Origin: a virus
Reading direction: 5' to 3' (one strand)
DNA length: 64,000 bases
Virus record (IMG/VR): IMGVR_UViG_3300024581_003792
Coordinates: 32,001-96,000 of that record
Positions 9,520-20,002 of the stretch are shown here, piece by piece; position 1 is the stretch's first letter, and every line of letters starts with the position of its first letter. The position numbers and the translations under genes were made by a program. Under the pieces are notes generated by a model. That model was given only the letters and a program-made list of their open reading frames with translations, did no database searches and was not told the DNA's origin.

Positions 9520-11106
9520 ATGAGTTTGCCTTTTAAATATACTAGTACTTTTTATCAAAATATATCCTTATCGAATACCAAGGAAGAAGAGCATATAAGC
9601 TCTGCCTCGCTTGAATCGCTGAAGCAAATTGCTCCAGAAGGTATAGATTTCGAAAAGAATATTGACTTAGTGGGAATAGCTTTCAACGCTGCAGTAGCTA
9701 ACCGATTCAATAAAAACGGAGACGGAATCGATAGCGCAACCGCCGTTGCAATCAAGGACTATTTTATACATAAACCAACCAACATAGAACACCAAAAACA
9801 AAAAATTGTAGGTCATGTTGTTGGCGCTTCATTATCTTCCTTTGAGGATAGTTCGATTATTACGCCTGAAGAGGCTATCGCTAGTGACGGCCCTTTTAAT
9901 ATAGCCTTATCGGCAGTAGTATATAAAACAGTTAATCCTGATTTTGCTGAGTTGGTGGAGAAATCTACCGATGAAGCTAGTGAGTTTTATCAGACCGTAT
10001 CCGCAAGTTGGGAAATTGGATTCAATGATTATAGTATTGTGGTTGGCAGCAAAGATCTTCACAAAGGAAGACTGATTCCAGAATCCGAAAAAGAAGAGTA
10101 TGCGCAATTCTTAAAGGCTTACGGAGGAAACGGAAGAACAGATAATGGAGAAGAAGTTTACAGATTGATCATGGGTGACATTTATCCGGTAGGTATTGGA
10201 TTTACAGCAAATCCTGCCGCCGAAGTAAAAGGTGTTGTCTTGTTCGATAAAAAACCTGATTACAAGGCCGAAGAAAATGACTCAAACAATAAAGCTTTTG
10301 ATCGATTAAAAATAAAAAATAATATTTTAAAAGAAAAAAGTTCCCATTTACCTGAAGGCGATGTAATTTTTAACAAGAGTAAAAAATCTAATAATATTAT
10401 GGAAAAAGAAATTCTACAACAAGTAACCGAGACTCTTGAGGCTCAAGCTTCATCTAAGAAGCTTTCCGAAGAGGCTATCGCTAATATCACAAAGGTTTTT
10501 CATGACGCTATTATTCAAAAAAATGATCAATGGCAAACAGATAAAGAAAATCTTTTAAAAGAAAAAGAAGAGCTGCAAAAGGCTGCAGAAGCATCTTCTC
10601 AAGAACTTGAATCACTCAAAAAAGAGCTGGCTTCAGTTAACGAAGAAATTTCCAGTTTAAAAACTGAAGTTTCCGCTCGTGAAGAAGCTGAACGCTTTAA
10701 TGAAAGAATGAGTGAACTTGACGACACTTTCGAACTAGAAGACGAAGATCGCGTAGTACTAGCTTCCGAACTTAAAAATCTTTCTACTTCAGAAGAAGCT
10801 TACGCTGAATACAAAGAAAAACTAAATATTGTATGGAAGCATAAGACAAAAGCCTTCAAGGAAGAACAAGAAAAAATTCTCAAAGATAGAATCGAAGAAG
10901 AAGTTCAAAAAAGACTCTCTAGCTTAGCAAGCAATTCAGAAGCATCCGAAGTATCATCCGAAGAAGCTGAAGAAGTCATTGAAAATGCTCAAGCAGAAGA
11001 GGAAGTTGTTGCAAACAACAATGCTGAATCAATCGAAGAAGAAATCTCACTGAGAGATAAATTTAAACAAGCTTTCTCAAGAGATAGCGTAGAAATCAAA
11101 TACTAA
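9520..11106 (+). CDS. prohead protease fused to coiled-coil scaffold
   Basis: NKNGD, NIEH...IVG, SASWE, GIGFTANPA in the N-terminal half (herpes/HK97-like protease); Glu/Lys coiled-coil C-terminal half; lies between portal and capsid genes. Confidence 0.78.
   Translation: MSLPFKYTSTFYQNISLSNTKEEEHISSASLESLKQIAPEGIDFEKNIDLVGIAFNAAVANRFNKNGDGIDSATAVAIKDYFIHKPTNIEHQKQKIVGHVVGASLSSFEDSSIITPEEAIASDGPFNIALSAVVYKTVNPDFAELVEKSTDEASEFYQTVSASWEIGFNDYSIVVGSKDLHKGRLIPESEKEEYAQFLKAYGGNGRTDNGEEVYRLIMGDIYPVGIGFTANPAAEVKGVVLFDKKPDYKAEENDSNNKAFDRLKIKNNILKEKSSHLPEGDVIFNKSKKSNNIMEKEILQQVTETLEAQASSKKLSEEAIANITKVFHDAIIQKNDQWQTDKENLLKEKEELQKAAEASSQELESLKKELASVNEEISSLKTEVSAREEAERFNERMSELDDTFELEDEDRVVLASELKNLSTSEEAYAEYKEKLNIVWKHKTKAFKEEQEKILKDRIEEEVQKRLSSLASNSEASEVSSEEAEEVIENAQAEEEVVANNNAESIEEEISLRDKFKQAFSRDSVEIKY
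10341..10370 (+). promoter_or_regulatory. putative internal late promoter TTCCCA-N14-ATGTAATTTT
   Basis: Same bipartite motif and spacing as at 24147-24176; 28 nt upstream of in-frame ATG 10399. Confidence 0.6.
10399..11106 (+). CDS. nested in-frame scaffold protein (from Met294 of the protease ORF)
   Basis: In-frame ATG (MEKEILQQ) at the start of the coiled-coil half, preceded by an AT-rich stretch and a promoter-like motif. Confidence 0.55.
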   Translation: MEKEILQQVTETLEAQASSKKLSEEAIANITKVFHDAIIQKNDQWQTDKENLLKEKEELQKAAEASSQELESLKKELASVNEEISSLKTEVSAREEAERFNERMSELDDTFELEDEDRVVLASELKNLSTSEEAYAEYKEKLNIVWKHKTKAFKEEQEKILKDRIEEEVQKRLSSLASNSEASEVSSEEAEEVIENAQAEEEVVANNNAESIEEEISLRDKFKQAFSRDSVEIKY

Positions 11107-11120
11107 TAGAGGAAAAAAAA

Positions 11121-11816
11121 ATGGCTAATAGACTACTACCATTCAGACAATATAACGAACACTTCGTGGTAAACTTGTTCGCTCTTAAAACATCAGAGCT
11201 GGACTTAACTGACCCTACGGAAAATACTCACGCTAAATCAGGCAAGCATGACGCCGGTGTGCTAGTAAAACCAACCGCTGCGATCCTTGATCTTGGTGCG
11301 GGTTATAGTGGATCTGGTGCTACTGCAGGCGAAGGTGATTCTGATCTTAACACATACATGGGTTCAACTGATTATCCTCATGTTGGTCGCAATGTTAATC
11401 CCGAAGCTTTTGGAAAATTTGAAGTTGCCGGAGCAACCGACGATATACTTGGTGTTACCTTGAATCAAACACTTGCATGGGATGAAAACGGTGAAAAAAT
11501 GCTTTACTATCGCCAAAAAGCCCTTGAACATCAAGGTGTTCTTCCCGGTGAAGTTGTGCCTATTTTAACTAAAGGAATTATCACTGTTGCTAAAACCGGA
11601 ATTACTGGAACGGCTCCTACTATTGGTGCGCCAGTTTATGCTGCTGCCAATGGTAAATTCACCAAGGATGCAGCGGGCGGCGCATCTACAAAAGTAGGTC
11701 TTTGTATTGGTAGAGGAGACCGCGACGGTGTTTATGATGCAAAACAAAAAGACTATTTTGCAGGAGATGGCACCAGCGGAGCCGGTAACTACTATATCAT
11801 CAAGATTGACCTTTAA
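11121..11816 (+). CDS. capsid decoration/cement protein
   Basis: Gly/Ala-rich; ILGVTL...GEVVPILTKG...GAPVYAAANGKFT; lies between scaffold and MCP; AGAGG RBS. Confidence 0.65.
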   Translation: MANRLLPFRQYNEHFVVNLFALKTSELDLTDPTENTHAKSGKHDAGVLVKPTAAILDLGAGYSGSGATAGEGDSDLNTYMGSTDYPHVGRNVNPEAFGKFEVAGATDDILGVTLNQTLAWDENGEKMLYYRQKALEHQGVLPGEVVPILTKGIITVAKTGITGTAPTIGAPVYAAANGKFTKDAAGGASTKVGLCIGRGDRDGVYDAKQKDYFAGDGTSGAGNYYIIKIDL

Positions 11817-11840
11817 TTTTAAACAGAGGACTAAAATACA

Positions 11841-12920
11841 ATGAATATAACATTAAAAAGAACAGACGAGCAAGTAGAACTTGTAAAAGCTATGGCCTCT
11901 CGCAACAGAGATGTTGCTTACGAAGCTCAGCAAGCCTTGGCCGAATTCATCGGACCTGTATTAGCTGAAGTAGTAAATCAAGCACCCACTCTTAGTAACC
12001 TTTTCACAACGTTTCAGTTTAACGAAATGGATAGCCCAAGCATCCCTTTGGATCTTTACTATGATGTAACTGCTCCAGATTATGTAAAGGTTTACAGCAC
12101 AACCGTACCTGGTGGTCTTCCCACCAATACGGTAACGCCAACCGTTTCCGAGATGAAATTCAACACTTATCGTCTTGATAGTGCTGTTGATTTCGACAAG
12201 CGTTATGCTGCCAAATCTCGCATGGACGTTATTGGAAAAACTTTTACTCGCGTTGCCCAAGAAATCTTGCTTCGCCAAGAAGAAACTTCTGCTAATTTGA
12301 TTCTTGGATCACTGGCTGATGCAGAAACTAACGGACAAGGTCATACAATTTCTGCAACTGGTTCATCGCTTATTCTTGATGATTTCAACAAGCTTTTGAC
12401 TCTTGCAAAGAGAATCAACACTGCATGGACAGGTTCTGCTCCAGAAGGTGGACGCATCAAAGGAATTACTGATCTTATCATGTCTCCTGAAATGGTTCAA
12501 GGTTTGCGTAGCATGGCTTATAACCCAATCAACACAAAAGGTACTAAAAACGATATTCCTGCCACAGATGAAATGCGTAATGCTATCTACAACAACGGCG
12601 GAATTCCTGAGTTCTACGGAATCTCTATCATGGAAATCAATGAGCTTGGAAAAGTTGGTAGCGAAAAGCAAAAATTCGTTAACACATGGAATGCTCTTAG
12701 CAGCAACAGCGACGATGACTTGGTTATCGGTCTTGACCGTAGTCGAGAATCATTATTCCGTGCTGTTGCTCTTGATGCTGAAACCGGTTCTGAAATGAAC
12801 CTTCAAGCAGATGATCAATACAGTGTACGCCAGCAAAAAATTGGCTACTATGGATCAATGGAAGAAGGGCGCATGGTTCTTGATAACCGTGTATTAACCG
12901 GAATTAGAGTTTCGATCTAA
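11841..12920 (+). CDS. major capsid protein (HK97 fold)
   Basis: 359 aa, synteny, strong RBS, DLIMSP...FYGISI P-domain-like motifs, followed by a terminator. Confidence 0.82.
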   Translation: MNITLKRTDEQVELVKAMASRNRDVAYEAQQALAEFIGPVLAEVVNQAPTLSNLFTTFQFNEMDSPSIPLDLYYDVTAPDYVKVYSTTVPGGLPTNTVTPTVSEMKFNTYRLDSAVDFDKRYAAKSRMDVIGKTFTRVAQEILLRQEETSANLILGSLADAETNGQGHTISATGSSLILDDFNKLLTLAKRINTAWTGSAPEGGRIKGITDLIMSPEMVQGLRSMAYNPINTKGTKNDIPATDEMRNAIYNNGGIPEFYGISIMEINELGKVGSEKQKFVNTWNALSSNSDDDLVIGLDRSRESLFRAVALDAETGSEMNLQADDQYSVRQQKIGYYGSMEEGRMVLDNRVLTGIRVSI

Positions 12921-12944
12921 TACGGGTGCCTTACAGATCATTTC

Positions 12945-12974
12945 AAAAAATCCACCCGTAGCGGTGGATTTTTT
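12945..12974 (+). terminator. intrinsic terminator (potentially bidirectional)
   Basis: AAAAAATCCACC-cgtagc-GGTGGATTTTTT perfect inverted repeat after the MCP gene. Confidence 0.88.
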
Positions 12975-13026
12975 GTTTGTAGGTATTATTATAATTTAGT
13001 TAACATATAAGGTAAAAGGAAAAGTT

Positions 13027-13401
13027 ATGGCTAGAAAAAGAAAAGCACAAAAACAAGCTAAAAAAGAAATCAAAGAATTTAGCGACGGAAAAGATCATTT
13101 AGCTGAAGAAGCTGCAGAAGCTAGAAGTCTGGAGGAAATTATTGGGCGACCAGCAAAAAGCCCATTCAAGTCTTCTAGTTTAGCTGAATTTGAATCAAGC
13201 TTAAATCAAATGCAGTTGACTCAGATGCAAGAAATAGCGGTTAACGCGGGAGTATTTCCCTCAGGAACTAAAATGACGCTCAAGAACAAGCTTATTAAAG
13301 CTTTTAAGCAGCAGGCGCAGGGGGCAGGAAGGGTTGTGCAAGTAACTCGCCACCTCGTTGATCCTGGCTCGGATTTAGAAAAAAAGATTTTAGGTCGCTA
13401 A
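13027..13401 (+). CDS. hypothetical protein
   Basis: 124-aa ORF with AAGGA RBS. Confidence 0.65.
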   Translation: MARKRKAQKQAKKEIKEFSDGKDHLAEEAAEARSLEEIIGRPAKSPFKSSSLAEFESSLNQMQLTQMQEIAVNAGVFPSGTKMTLKNKLIKAFKQQAQGAGRVVQVTRHLVDPGSDLEKKILGR

Positions 13402-13938
13402 ATGAATCAAATTGGAGATCTAGCTAGTGGGCTGCTCGAATATGAGTTTGATTATATCACCGGTATTTCTGAAAAATCTGCAGAATTAACAACTATTTCG
13501 GGTGGACTAAGTGGCCGACTAGGCGAACTTAATGTATTGCTAAACCAGAGGTTTTGTTTTACTGGCTCTGATGGTGAACCTTATCCTAGGTTAGGTTTAG
13601 AAGAAGGCGATATCTTGCAACAGCTTTATCTCAGGGATTATAACACTAAGCAGGCGCAAAGATTATTAAGAAATGTTTATGATAGCACCACCAGCGGATC
13701 TGTTGCGACAAACGCTGCAGAATGGATCGAATTGAGAGAAGGCGATACAGTAATTAAGAGAAGTCCTGGAAGTGTTGCAAACTCCGCGTCAAATAGAATA
13801 ACGATGAGTAAGGATTTTAAATCATTAGCTGAGGCAGCAAAGCAAAGAGTAGAAGAGCTTGTTTATGCGTATAATATGTACGGAGCTCAGCCTCGACAAA
13901 TCGCAGGTGAAGATGCTCCTTTGAGTGGATCCTATTGA
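13402..13938 (+). CDS. putative head completion/head-tail adaptor
   Basis: Position after MCP; WIELREGDTVIKR hairpin followed by a helix resembles adaptor proteins. Confidence 0.45.
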   Translation: MNQIGDLASGLLEYEFDYITGISEKSAELTTISGGLSGRLGELNVLLNQRFCFTGSDGEPYPRLGLEEGDILQQLYLRDYNTKQAQRLLRNVYDSTTSGSVATNAAEWIELREGDTVIKRSPGSVANSASNRITMSKDFKSLAEAAKQRVEELVYAYNMYGAQPRQIAGEDAPLSGSY

Positions 13939-13943
13939 TTCTT

Positions 13944-16900
13944 CTAGTCAATCTCTATAACGTCATCATCCAAATTATCTAGCATAGAGATATCTTTTTC
14001 TGGATCTAAATCATTGAAGTCGGCATTAAAAGCAGAAACATCTGCATTATAGTGTGATAATTTTTTAATCTCAGCAATTAATCTACCGTTTTCATCAGTG
14101 CATTTTGATTCCATCATAAATTTATCTTTTCTTTCTCCAACAACCATCCAGGAAACAGTCGTAGGGCTATTTGATTCATTCTCAAGTTCAATGTACAGAA
14201 TATTACCAACAACCTTGCTTTTAACATTATTAAATGATGATTCATTAGAGGAAAAAGTTTGTATATTAGTACATAATGCTTCAAAAGTTCCACTTGTCAT
14301 TAAGAAATAATCATCTAGATTGACTTGATGGGTTTGTCCACTGAAAGAAACAGATCCTCGGTATATTAAATCAGCCTGTGGAGACTCGATGGAAGCATGC
14401 CTTAAATAATAATTTTTCGACAACTCAGCCAATGGATGGTCAATTTTAAACTGCTTATCTTGAGCGCTTAATGTGTCGTTTATATAAACACCATCATCCG
14501 AAACAGATAGTATCTTTTTTCCAAAACGGACTAAATGAAGGGCTGCGTCACTATCTTTATATAAACCTGTATTCCTGTCAGAAGCAAAACTGTATTGAGG
14601 TTCAATCTTTACTTCCCAGCTATCAATTCCATTTAAACTTGTAGAAATTAAACCCGATTCACCAAATACCATGTACTTTTCAGTATCTTTATGGTATGTA
14701 ACATCAGATTGAAGTATTAAGCCTGTAGTAGCTCCATCTAATTGAACAAAATCGTCTTTCTTTAAATTTCTATTAGATATAATCTGCTGTAAATCAGCAA
14801 AAGTTATGACAAAAATTTTCTTTTTTGCCCTGTCTATTGCATATACGTTTTCATTGAGACGCTTAAAAGAAAAATAAGCGAAGTACCAGGTGTCATCAAC
14901 TACATCTTCAAGAGGCTCAATATATCTAACATTTTTAAATCCAGAAACTTTTTGCGAATCTATAGTGTGTTCGCAGGATTCGATTATATAGTATCTAGTG
15001 GCATCTAGATATTGATATATTCGCTGCTGGTTGACTGTTAATTTCCTCTTTCCTATAGCGAAAAAACCATCTCCCAGTAAAAAACATGCCTGCGATTGCT
15101 GCAACATTCCTTGATATTCCGTAGTGTTTTCTTTAGTATTATCTGTAAAACAAGCGGTTGGCATAGCGTCGCCATTTATATCCTTTGGTCCATTACTATC
15201 CCAAGTTCCACCGACTCTTTCTATGGCGGTTTTTAAGTTTAAATATGAACCTCCAAATCCATAATCATTTCTATAGCATTTATTTAAGACATCTTCATCA
15301 TCATAAAGATCGTCAGGTATAAGATCTATATGAGTTAACCTGAAATCACCTATAGTTGGACGCAAATACTGACAAGGAGACAAAACAGGGTAACCTGGAC
15401 CATCTATTTGAAATATACCATGCCTTCTGTTTATATATGTAGTGAAAGTAGCGGCATCGTGGTCTTCTAATCTTAAGCCGCCATTCAGGAAAAAATGCAT
15501 ATCCTTAGTATTCCCTCTGGGCCAGTTAGTTAATTGATATCCTAACACACGACTAGTTGTCCAGTCTGAGTATCCGTGATTTCTTGCAAATAATCTCTTA
15601 AATAGATAATCTTGAGAAGAAGAATCTCTTGCTACTAAAATTAAGTGATAGCAATTCATTGTTTTTCCGTTTAGTTCTTCAGTATTGTATGGATCAATGC
15701 TCAAGTCTTGCATCATAGTATCGATATCATTACCGAACATATCTGGAGATATCCTAATTCTTACTCCTGTAGCATTAGCTTCAGTAGAAAAACCTGAAAG
15801 ATTTTGAATGTATGAAGCATCTAATGTAAGAATTTTTGTCATATCACTTAATTGTCCTGGGTATCCTTGTCCTCCTTGCGCACCATACCCACCAGTCACT
15901 CCATTTAAATTTAATGCATAAATTTCGAAAGTTGCATTTTGAAAATTTAAAAATGATCCTTCATCAAAAGCAGTAAAATAAATTGTATGTGTATTTGCAT
16001 AAAAAGTTCCGACTGGCATAATATATCCAGGGGTTTTGTATTCATCATAAAATCTAGCCAGATATTCCATAGAATCAATTAAGGTATATGATATTTCGTC
16101 ATTTGTACCTACATATCTCGTGCTAGAATCATTGTTGTAAGCACTACCCACTCCAGAATAATTTAAAGCAGTTTTAGATGCATCTGAAAAAGCGTCTTGA
16201 TAAAATCGAACTGTATTCATTTGAAGGCTGTCAGCTTCTATAGAATCTGTAGATATAGTAGAGTTATCAGAGCTAATATAGACTTCACATGCATGTCTTC
16301 GTTGGCCTGGGGCGCCTGGATAGTTCCGTCCTATTGCAGAGACTAATTGTTTTACTGAAAGAGTATTGCCGCTTGACTGTGAAATAATATCTTCACCTTT
16401 TTCAAACGATTGTATACAAAAAAACGGGTAATGATAGTCAGATCGTTTTCGGTCATTAAGATATCTATATCGATCATTGTTCACATCTCTAGTATAAGGA
16501 ACGTAACTTGCTAACCACCTAGATTCACCTGATGAATTTTTAGCCTGTACTACAGCCAGACCTCCCGAAGAGTGAGGATAGGTTCTGAAATTATGAAAAT
16601 AGGAGTTGTCATAAACTGGTTCAAATATACTTAATGAGAAATCTCCAACATTTTCACCTGCATTGTTGGTTCTTTTTATTGAACTACTGGAAACTTTCGC
16701 ATTGTTTGCAGGTCCACCATTTAATTTACTCGTAGCAATGTCAAACAATATATCCCTTGTCCGGTATCTGTTAAGAGTCTTTCCGTCAGTGTTTTCTACA
16801 TGAAGATAACTATTTCCATGAGTTGAACTGTACCAATTATATAGTTCAATAACCTTGCGTTCATTATTATGCGAGAAAGGATGAGAAAAAGAACCCTTAT

Positions 16901-19900
16901 GGGAATAAGATCCAGTTATATGATTTACATGCATGTGAGGGGTTCTGTATCTCACAGATGTATTAGAATCAGTTAAGCTACCGATACCTGACACTGCAGT
17001 ATATTCACCAGACGAATTAATTAGTATACTAGAACTAGACCATTGACGGCTACCTAAATCGCTAACAAATCTAGCAATTACGTTATTGTTTACTTGGAAT
17101 TCATATAAGTCAACGAATGCTGAAACAGCTAAACCGTTAGCTATGGTTGTAGACCAAATTTTAGATGCTGATTCGTATTCTGTTACGGCTAAATTTTTAG
17201 CAGTCGCTTTGCCTTGAGGCATAACATTAATATGGTAACCGTTTGAGCCTGTAACAAAACTTAAAGTTCTTGCACGATAATCTTCTTGGGGGTGTTGACT
17301 TAATGATGCATCTACTTCTGTTGAGTTCACTATTACTTTATTTCTGTATTCAGTTGTAGTATCTGCAATCATATCTCTTTTCATATCTTGAGCTTCTTTG
17401 ACAGTAATGATCGTAGAAAGATAATCTGTATTTTTATGATCATTATATAACTCAAGTATTTTATCTCCGTAACTTTCTACGTTAAACAAGTAGTGGTAAC
17501 CTTTACTGTCTGTCAGTAGAGCTTGAGAATCGCTATATTTAGTTGCATGGGTGAGGGTGTTAGCGGATCTCCCACTAACAAAATCAAAAGGATTGCTTGC
17601 AAATTCATCAGAGACACCAGAATATCGCCTTTTGCTTGATGTCCATCTCACCCAAGGAAACAAGAGTGTATACCAGATGCTCGCATAATATTCATCACCT
17701 GCAAAATCACCAAGTAAGAATTTAGGCCCTTTAAAATGATTAAAATCAGGATAACTTCCATCAGGCAAAAACATCTCTACAGGACAAGTAAAACCTGATC
17801 TCATTATATACTTATTATTTGAAAATAAGTCACTAGTGCTATAAATATATTCATCAGGGTGCCTACTCAATGTATTTGCAATTCTGTAAACTATAGATTC
17901 GCTATATCCATTTGGAATTTTTCCTTCTGCATAATCAGCTGTGGGATAATAATCATAATGCAAGCTTTTCCACTGTGTGTCATTGGCCAATTGGTAAGTA
18001 CTGGGCCCATAAAAAGTTCCCACCAATGAAAACTGAATGTTATTGTCTTCAATGAATTGAGCTGTGATTGATTGGCCAGAGTTCAAACGATTATCTAACG
18101 CCCTGTAGCCTCTCATAATTAAAGAGCCTCTGAATCCCAACCAAGGACTTACTGGGCCATACCTGTGATCATAGTGGGCAACCCTCGGGGTCATGGATAT
18201 AGCCATGAAGTCTAAATCATAATTATAGTAGGTGCTCATATCATATGAGTGGGCATAACTCCCAGTTGGTTTAGAAATATACATTAACTCTGCACCTTCT
18301 TCTGTTGCCCAATTGGGAAGATGAAAAGGAATCATATCTAATTCCTCTCCTGTAATATTTGCTGCATTAGCTCCACCAAATGTATGAAAATTAATGAATG
18401 CATCATTGCCTTCTACATCTGTAGATGTTATGTCTCCTTGACCCAAAATTATCGCCTTAAAGCGTCTGGAAGCTTCTTTATCAGTAGTACCGTTTTCAGA
18501 ATCAGCTAAAGCTTTTATCGTTATTCTCATATTGCTCCAGCTACTACTAGTTATACCTCCGATGTGACTAACATTACGAAAAGGATTACCGGTATTAGAA
18601 CTAGTATAATTCGTATACTTGTTGCCAGTATCACTTATAGCTAAACCACCCAACCCTGTCGAGGATGAACTAGTGTTAAAGCCGGCATAGGGATCCCCGC
18701 CAAGATAACTCCAACTTGGTATAAAATTACTTTTCACCCAAGTGTCCCCATTATCATCAGAATACATTCCTGGACCAGTACCCTCTGGATGCAACAACAC
18801 CGAAGAGCTAAATTCTATAGTTCCTGGTATAGCAGCAGCATCCATTTTGGCAAAAAGCCTTTTTCTACTATTTGGTAATTTAAAAATACCAAGAGCTACA
18901 ATCTTGGAATTAATTCCTGAGGTTTTTTTTCTAGTAAATGAAAAACCATCAAGCGTAGTGCTTATTGATCCAGCATTATCTATAATATAAATTTCATCAT
19001 CATTTATAAACTTGTAAACACCAAATGGCCTGCCTTGGTCTGCTGGTGTTAATTGAGATTCTCCTAGGTATGATATTGCTCCAGCTGAATACTCAACTTT
19101 TTGAGTAACAATCATGTTAGAGGCCTCTACTGCCTCTATTTTTGCAGTTGATTGTACTTCTAAATTATGAAAATTTCCATTAGCCCAGGCATTTGTAGAT
19201 GTGCCCACATTTCCAGTATTATCCTCTTCAGGAGAAAATCCGTTTGTCATATCAACAGCCGGAGCAATTTGCCATCCTTCCCACCATAAATTACCACCTT
19301 TATTGTATAATTTATTTGCTAGGGATGAGGGTGCGTCTGTTTGAACAGCTAGAGTGATGTAAGGATCAAAAGATGCTCCTGCTTTGAAATTAGATACATT
19401 ATTAAAAGAAATAGTTCCATCTGATTCTAATTTTATTCTGGTTTCTCCGTTTTGAGTAAATGCTACGGGATCATCGTCACCAGTACCACCGCCAAAACCA
19501 ATACCTCCACCCGGAGCAGGAGTTGAAACTAAAACTTTCTGGTTGTTTACAAAAACATCATCAGTAAATCTGCCAATTTTGGCTCTAATTTCTCCATCGT
19601 CACTTATTAGATTTTTTTCAATTTTTACATCATTATTTGAATCAATTATGATTGCATCTTCTGACTCTCTCTGTATATGAACTTCTCTTGTGTCATCTAC
19701 CTCTACTGCGCCAAGATAAACAATGTCATTATCGCCGGATGCTACTAATCCTCCGTCTGGAGTAGGACTTCTGAACCCCGTAATCACAGGATTTCCGCTG
19801 ACTTGTAATCCTTCGCTAAAATCAGCAAATACTGCTCCTCCTGAAACAACTTGCTCGTAGGTTACTTTGCGAGTAACCCTATCGTGTCCTTCTCCTGTAT

Positions 19901-19982
19901 TTAAAGCGCTAGGAAGAAAATTACCGCTTGAGATGTCTCCGCCAGTTGCGGGAATAAGGTTTCGAATCTTGATGTTAGGCAT
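13944..19982 (-). CDS. large tail fibre/spike-like protein (2012 aa)
   Basis: N-terminal IKIRNL...TRKVT fibre-type motif; Asp-boxes YSDDNGDTW and TSLNGIDSW; C-terminal FKIDHPL...LRHASIESP...YRG module common at ends of phage fibres. Confidence 0.65.
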   Translation of the reverse strand: MPNIKIRNLIPATGGDISSGNFLPSALNTGEGHDRVTRKVTYEQVVSGGAVFADFSEGLQVSGNPVITGFRSPTPDGGLVASGDNDIVYLGAVEVDDTREVHIQRESEDAIIIDSNNDVKIEKNLISDDGEIRAKIGRFTDDVFVNNQKVLVSTPAPGGGIGFGGGTGDDDPVAFTQNGETRIKLESDGTISFNNVSNFKAGASFDPYITLAVQTDAPSSLANKLYNKGGNLWWEGWQIAPAVDMTNGFSPEEDNTGNVGTSTNAWANGNFHNLEVQSTAKIEAVEASNMIVTQKVEYSAGAISYLGESQLTPADQGRPFGVYKFINDDEIYIIDNAGSISTTLDGFSFTRKKTSGINSKIVALGIFKLPNSRKRLFAKMDAAAIPGTIEFSSSVLLHPEGTGPGMYSDDNGDTWVKSNFIPSWSYLGGDPYAGFNTSSSSTGLGGLAISDTGNKYTNYTSSNTGNPFRNVSHIGGITSSSWSNMRITIKALADSENGTTDKEASRRFKAIILGQGDITSTDVEGNDAFINFHTFGGANAANITGEELDMIPFHLPNWATEEGAELMYISKPTGSYAHSYDMSTYYNYDLDFMAISMTPRVAHYDHRYGPVSPWLGFRGSLIMRGYRALDNRLNSGQSITAQFIEDNNIQFSLVGTFYGPSTYQLANDTQWKSLHYDYYPTADYAEGKIPNGYSESIVYRIANTLSRHPDEYIYSTSDLFSNNKYIMRSGFTCPVEMFLPDGSYPDFNHFKGPKFLLGDFAGDEYYASIWYTLLFPWVRWTSSKRRYSGVSDEFASNPFDFVSGRSANTLTHATKYSDSQALLTDSKGYHYLFNVESYGDKILELYNDHKNTDYLSTIITVKEAQDMKRDMIADTTTEYRNKVIVNSTEVDASLSQHPQEDYRARTLSFVTGSNGYHINVMPQGKATAKNLAVTEYESASKIWSTTIANGLAVSAFVDLYEFQVNNNVIARFVSDLGSRQWSSSSILINSSGEYTAVSGIGSLTDSNTSVRYRTPHMHVNHITGSYSHKGSFSHPFSHNNERKVIELYNWYSSTHGNSYLHVENTDGKTLNRYRTRDILFDIATSKLNGGPANNAKVSSSSIKRTNNAGENVGDFSLSIFEPVYDNSYFHNFRTYPHSSGGLAVVQAKNSSGESRWLASYVPYTRDVNNDRYRYLNDRKRSDYHYPFFCIQSFEKGEDIISQSSGNTLSVKQLVSAIGRNYPGAPGQRRHACEVYISSDNSTISTDSIEADSLQMNTVRFYQDAFSDASKTALNYSGVGSAYNNDSSTRYVGTNDEISYTLIDSMEYLARFYDEYKTPGYIMPVGTFYANTHTIYFTAFDEGSFLNFQNATFEIYALNLNGVTGGYGAQGGQGYPGQLSDMTKILTLDASYIQNLSGFSTEANATGVRIRISPDMFGNDIDTMMQDLSIDPYNTEELNGKTMNCYHLILVARDSSSQDYLFKRLFARNHGYSDWTTSRVLGYQLTNWPRGNTKDMHFFLNGGLRLEDHDAATFTTYINRRHGIFQIDGPGYPVLSPCQYLRPTIGDFRLTHIDLIPDDLYDDEDVLNKCYRNDYGFGGSYLNLKTAIERVGGTWDSNGPKDINGDAMPTACFTDNTKENTTEYQGMLQQSQACFLLGDGFFAIGKRKLTVNQQRIYQYLDATRYYIIESCEHTIDSQKVSGFKNVRYIEPLEDVVDDTWYFAYFSFKRLNENVYAIDRAKKKIFVITFADLQQIISNRNLKKDDFVQLDGATTGLILQSDVTYHKDTEKYMVFGESGLISTSLNGIDSWEVKIEPQYSFASDRNTGLYKDSDAALHLVRFGKKILSVSDDGVYINDTLSAQDKQFKIDHPLAELSKNYYLRHASIESPQADLIYRGSVSFSGQTHQVNLDDYFLMTSGTFEALCTNIQTFSSNESSFNNVKSKVVGNILYIELENESNSPTTVSWMVVGERKDKFMMESKCTDENGRLIAEIKKLSHYNADVSAFNADFNDLDPEKDISMLDNLDDDVIEID

Positions 19983-20002
19983 ATCATATTATACACAAAA
20001 AA

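Noticed and set aside
13944-14460. Peptidase S74 autocleaving chaperone call for the fibre C-terminus
   Set aside because: The canonical SD.RLK motif is absent, so only a generic fibre C-terminal module is claimed
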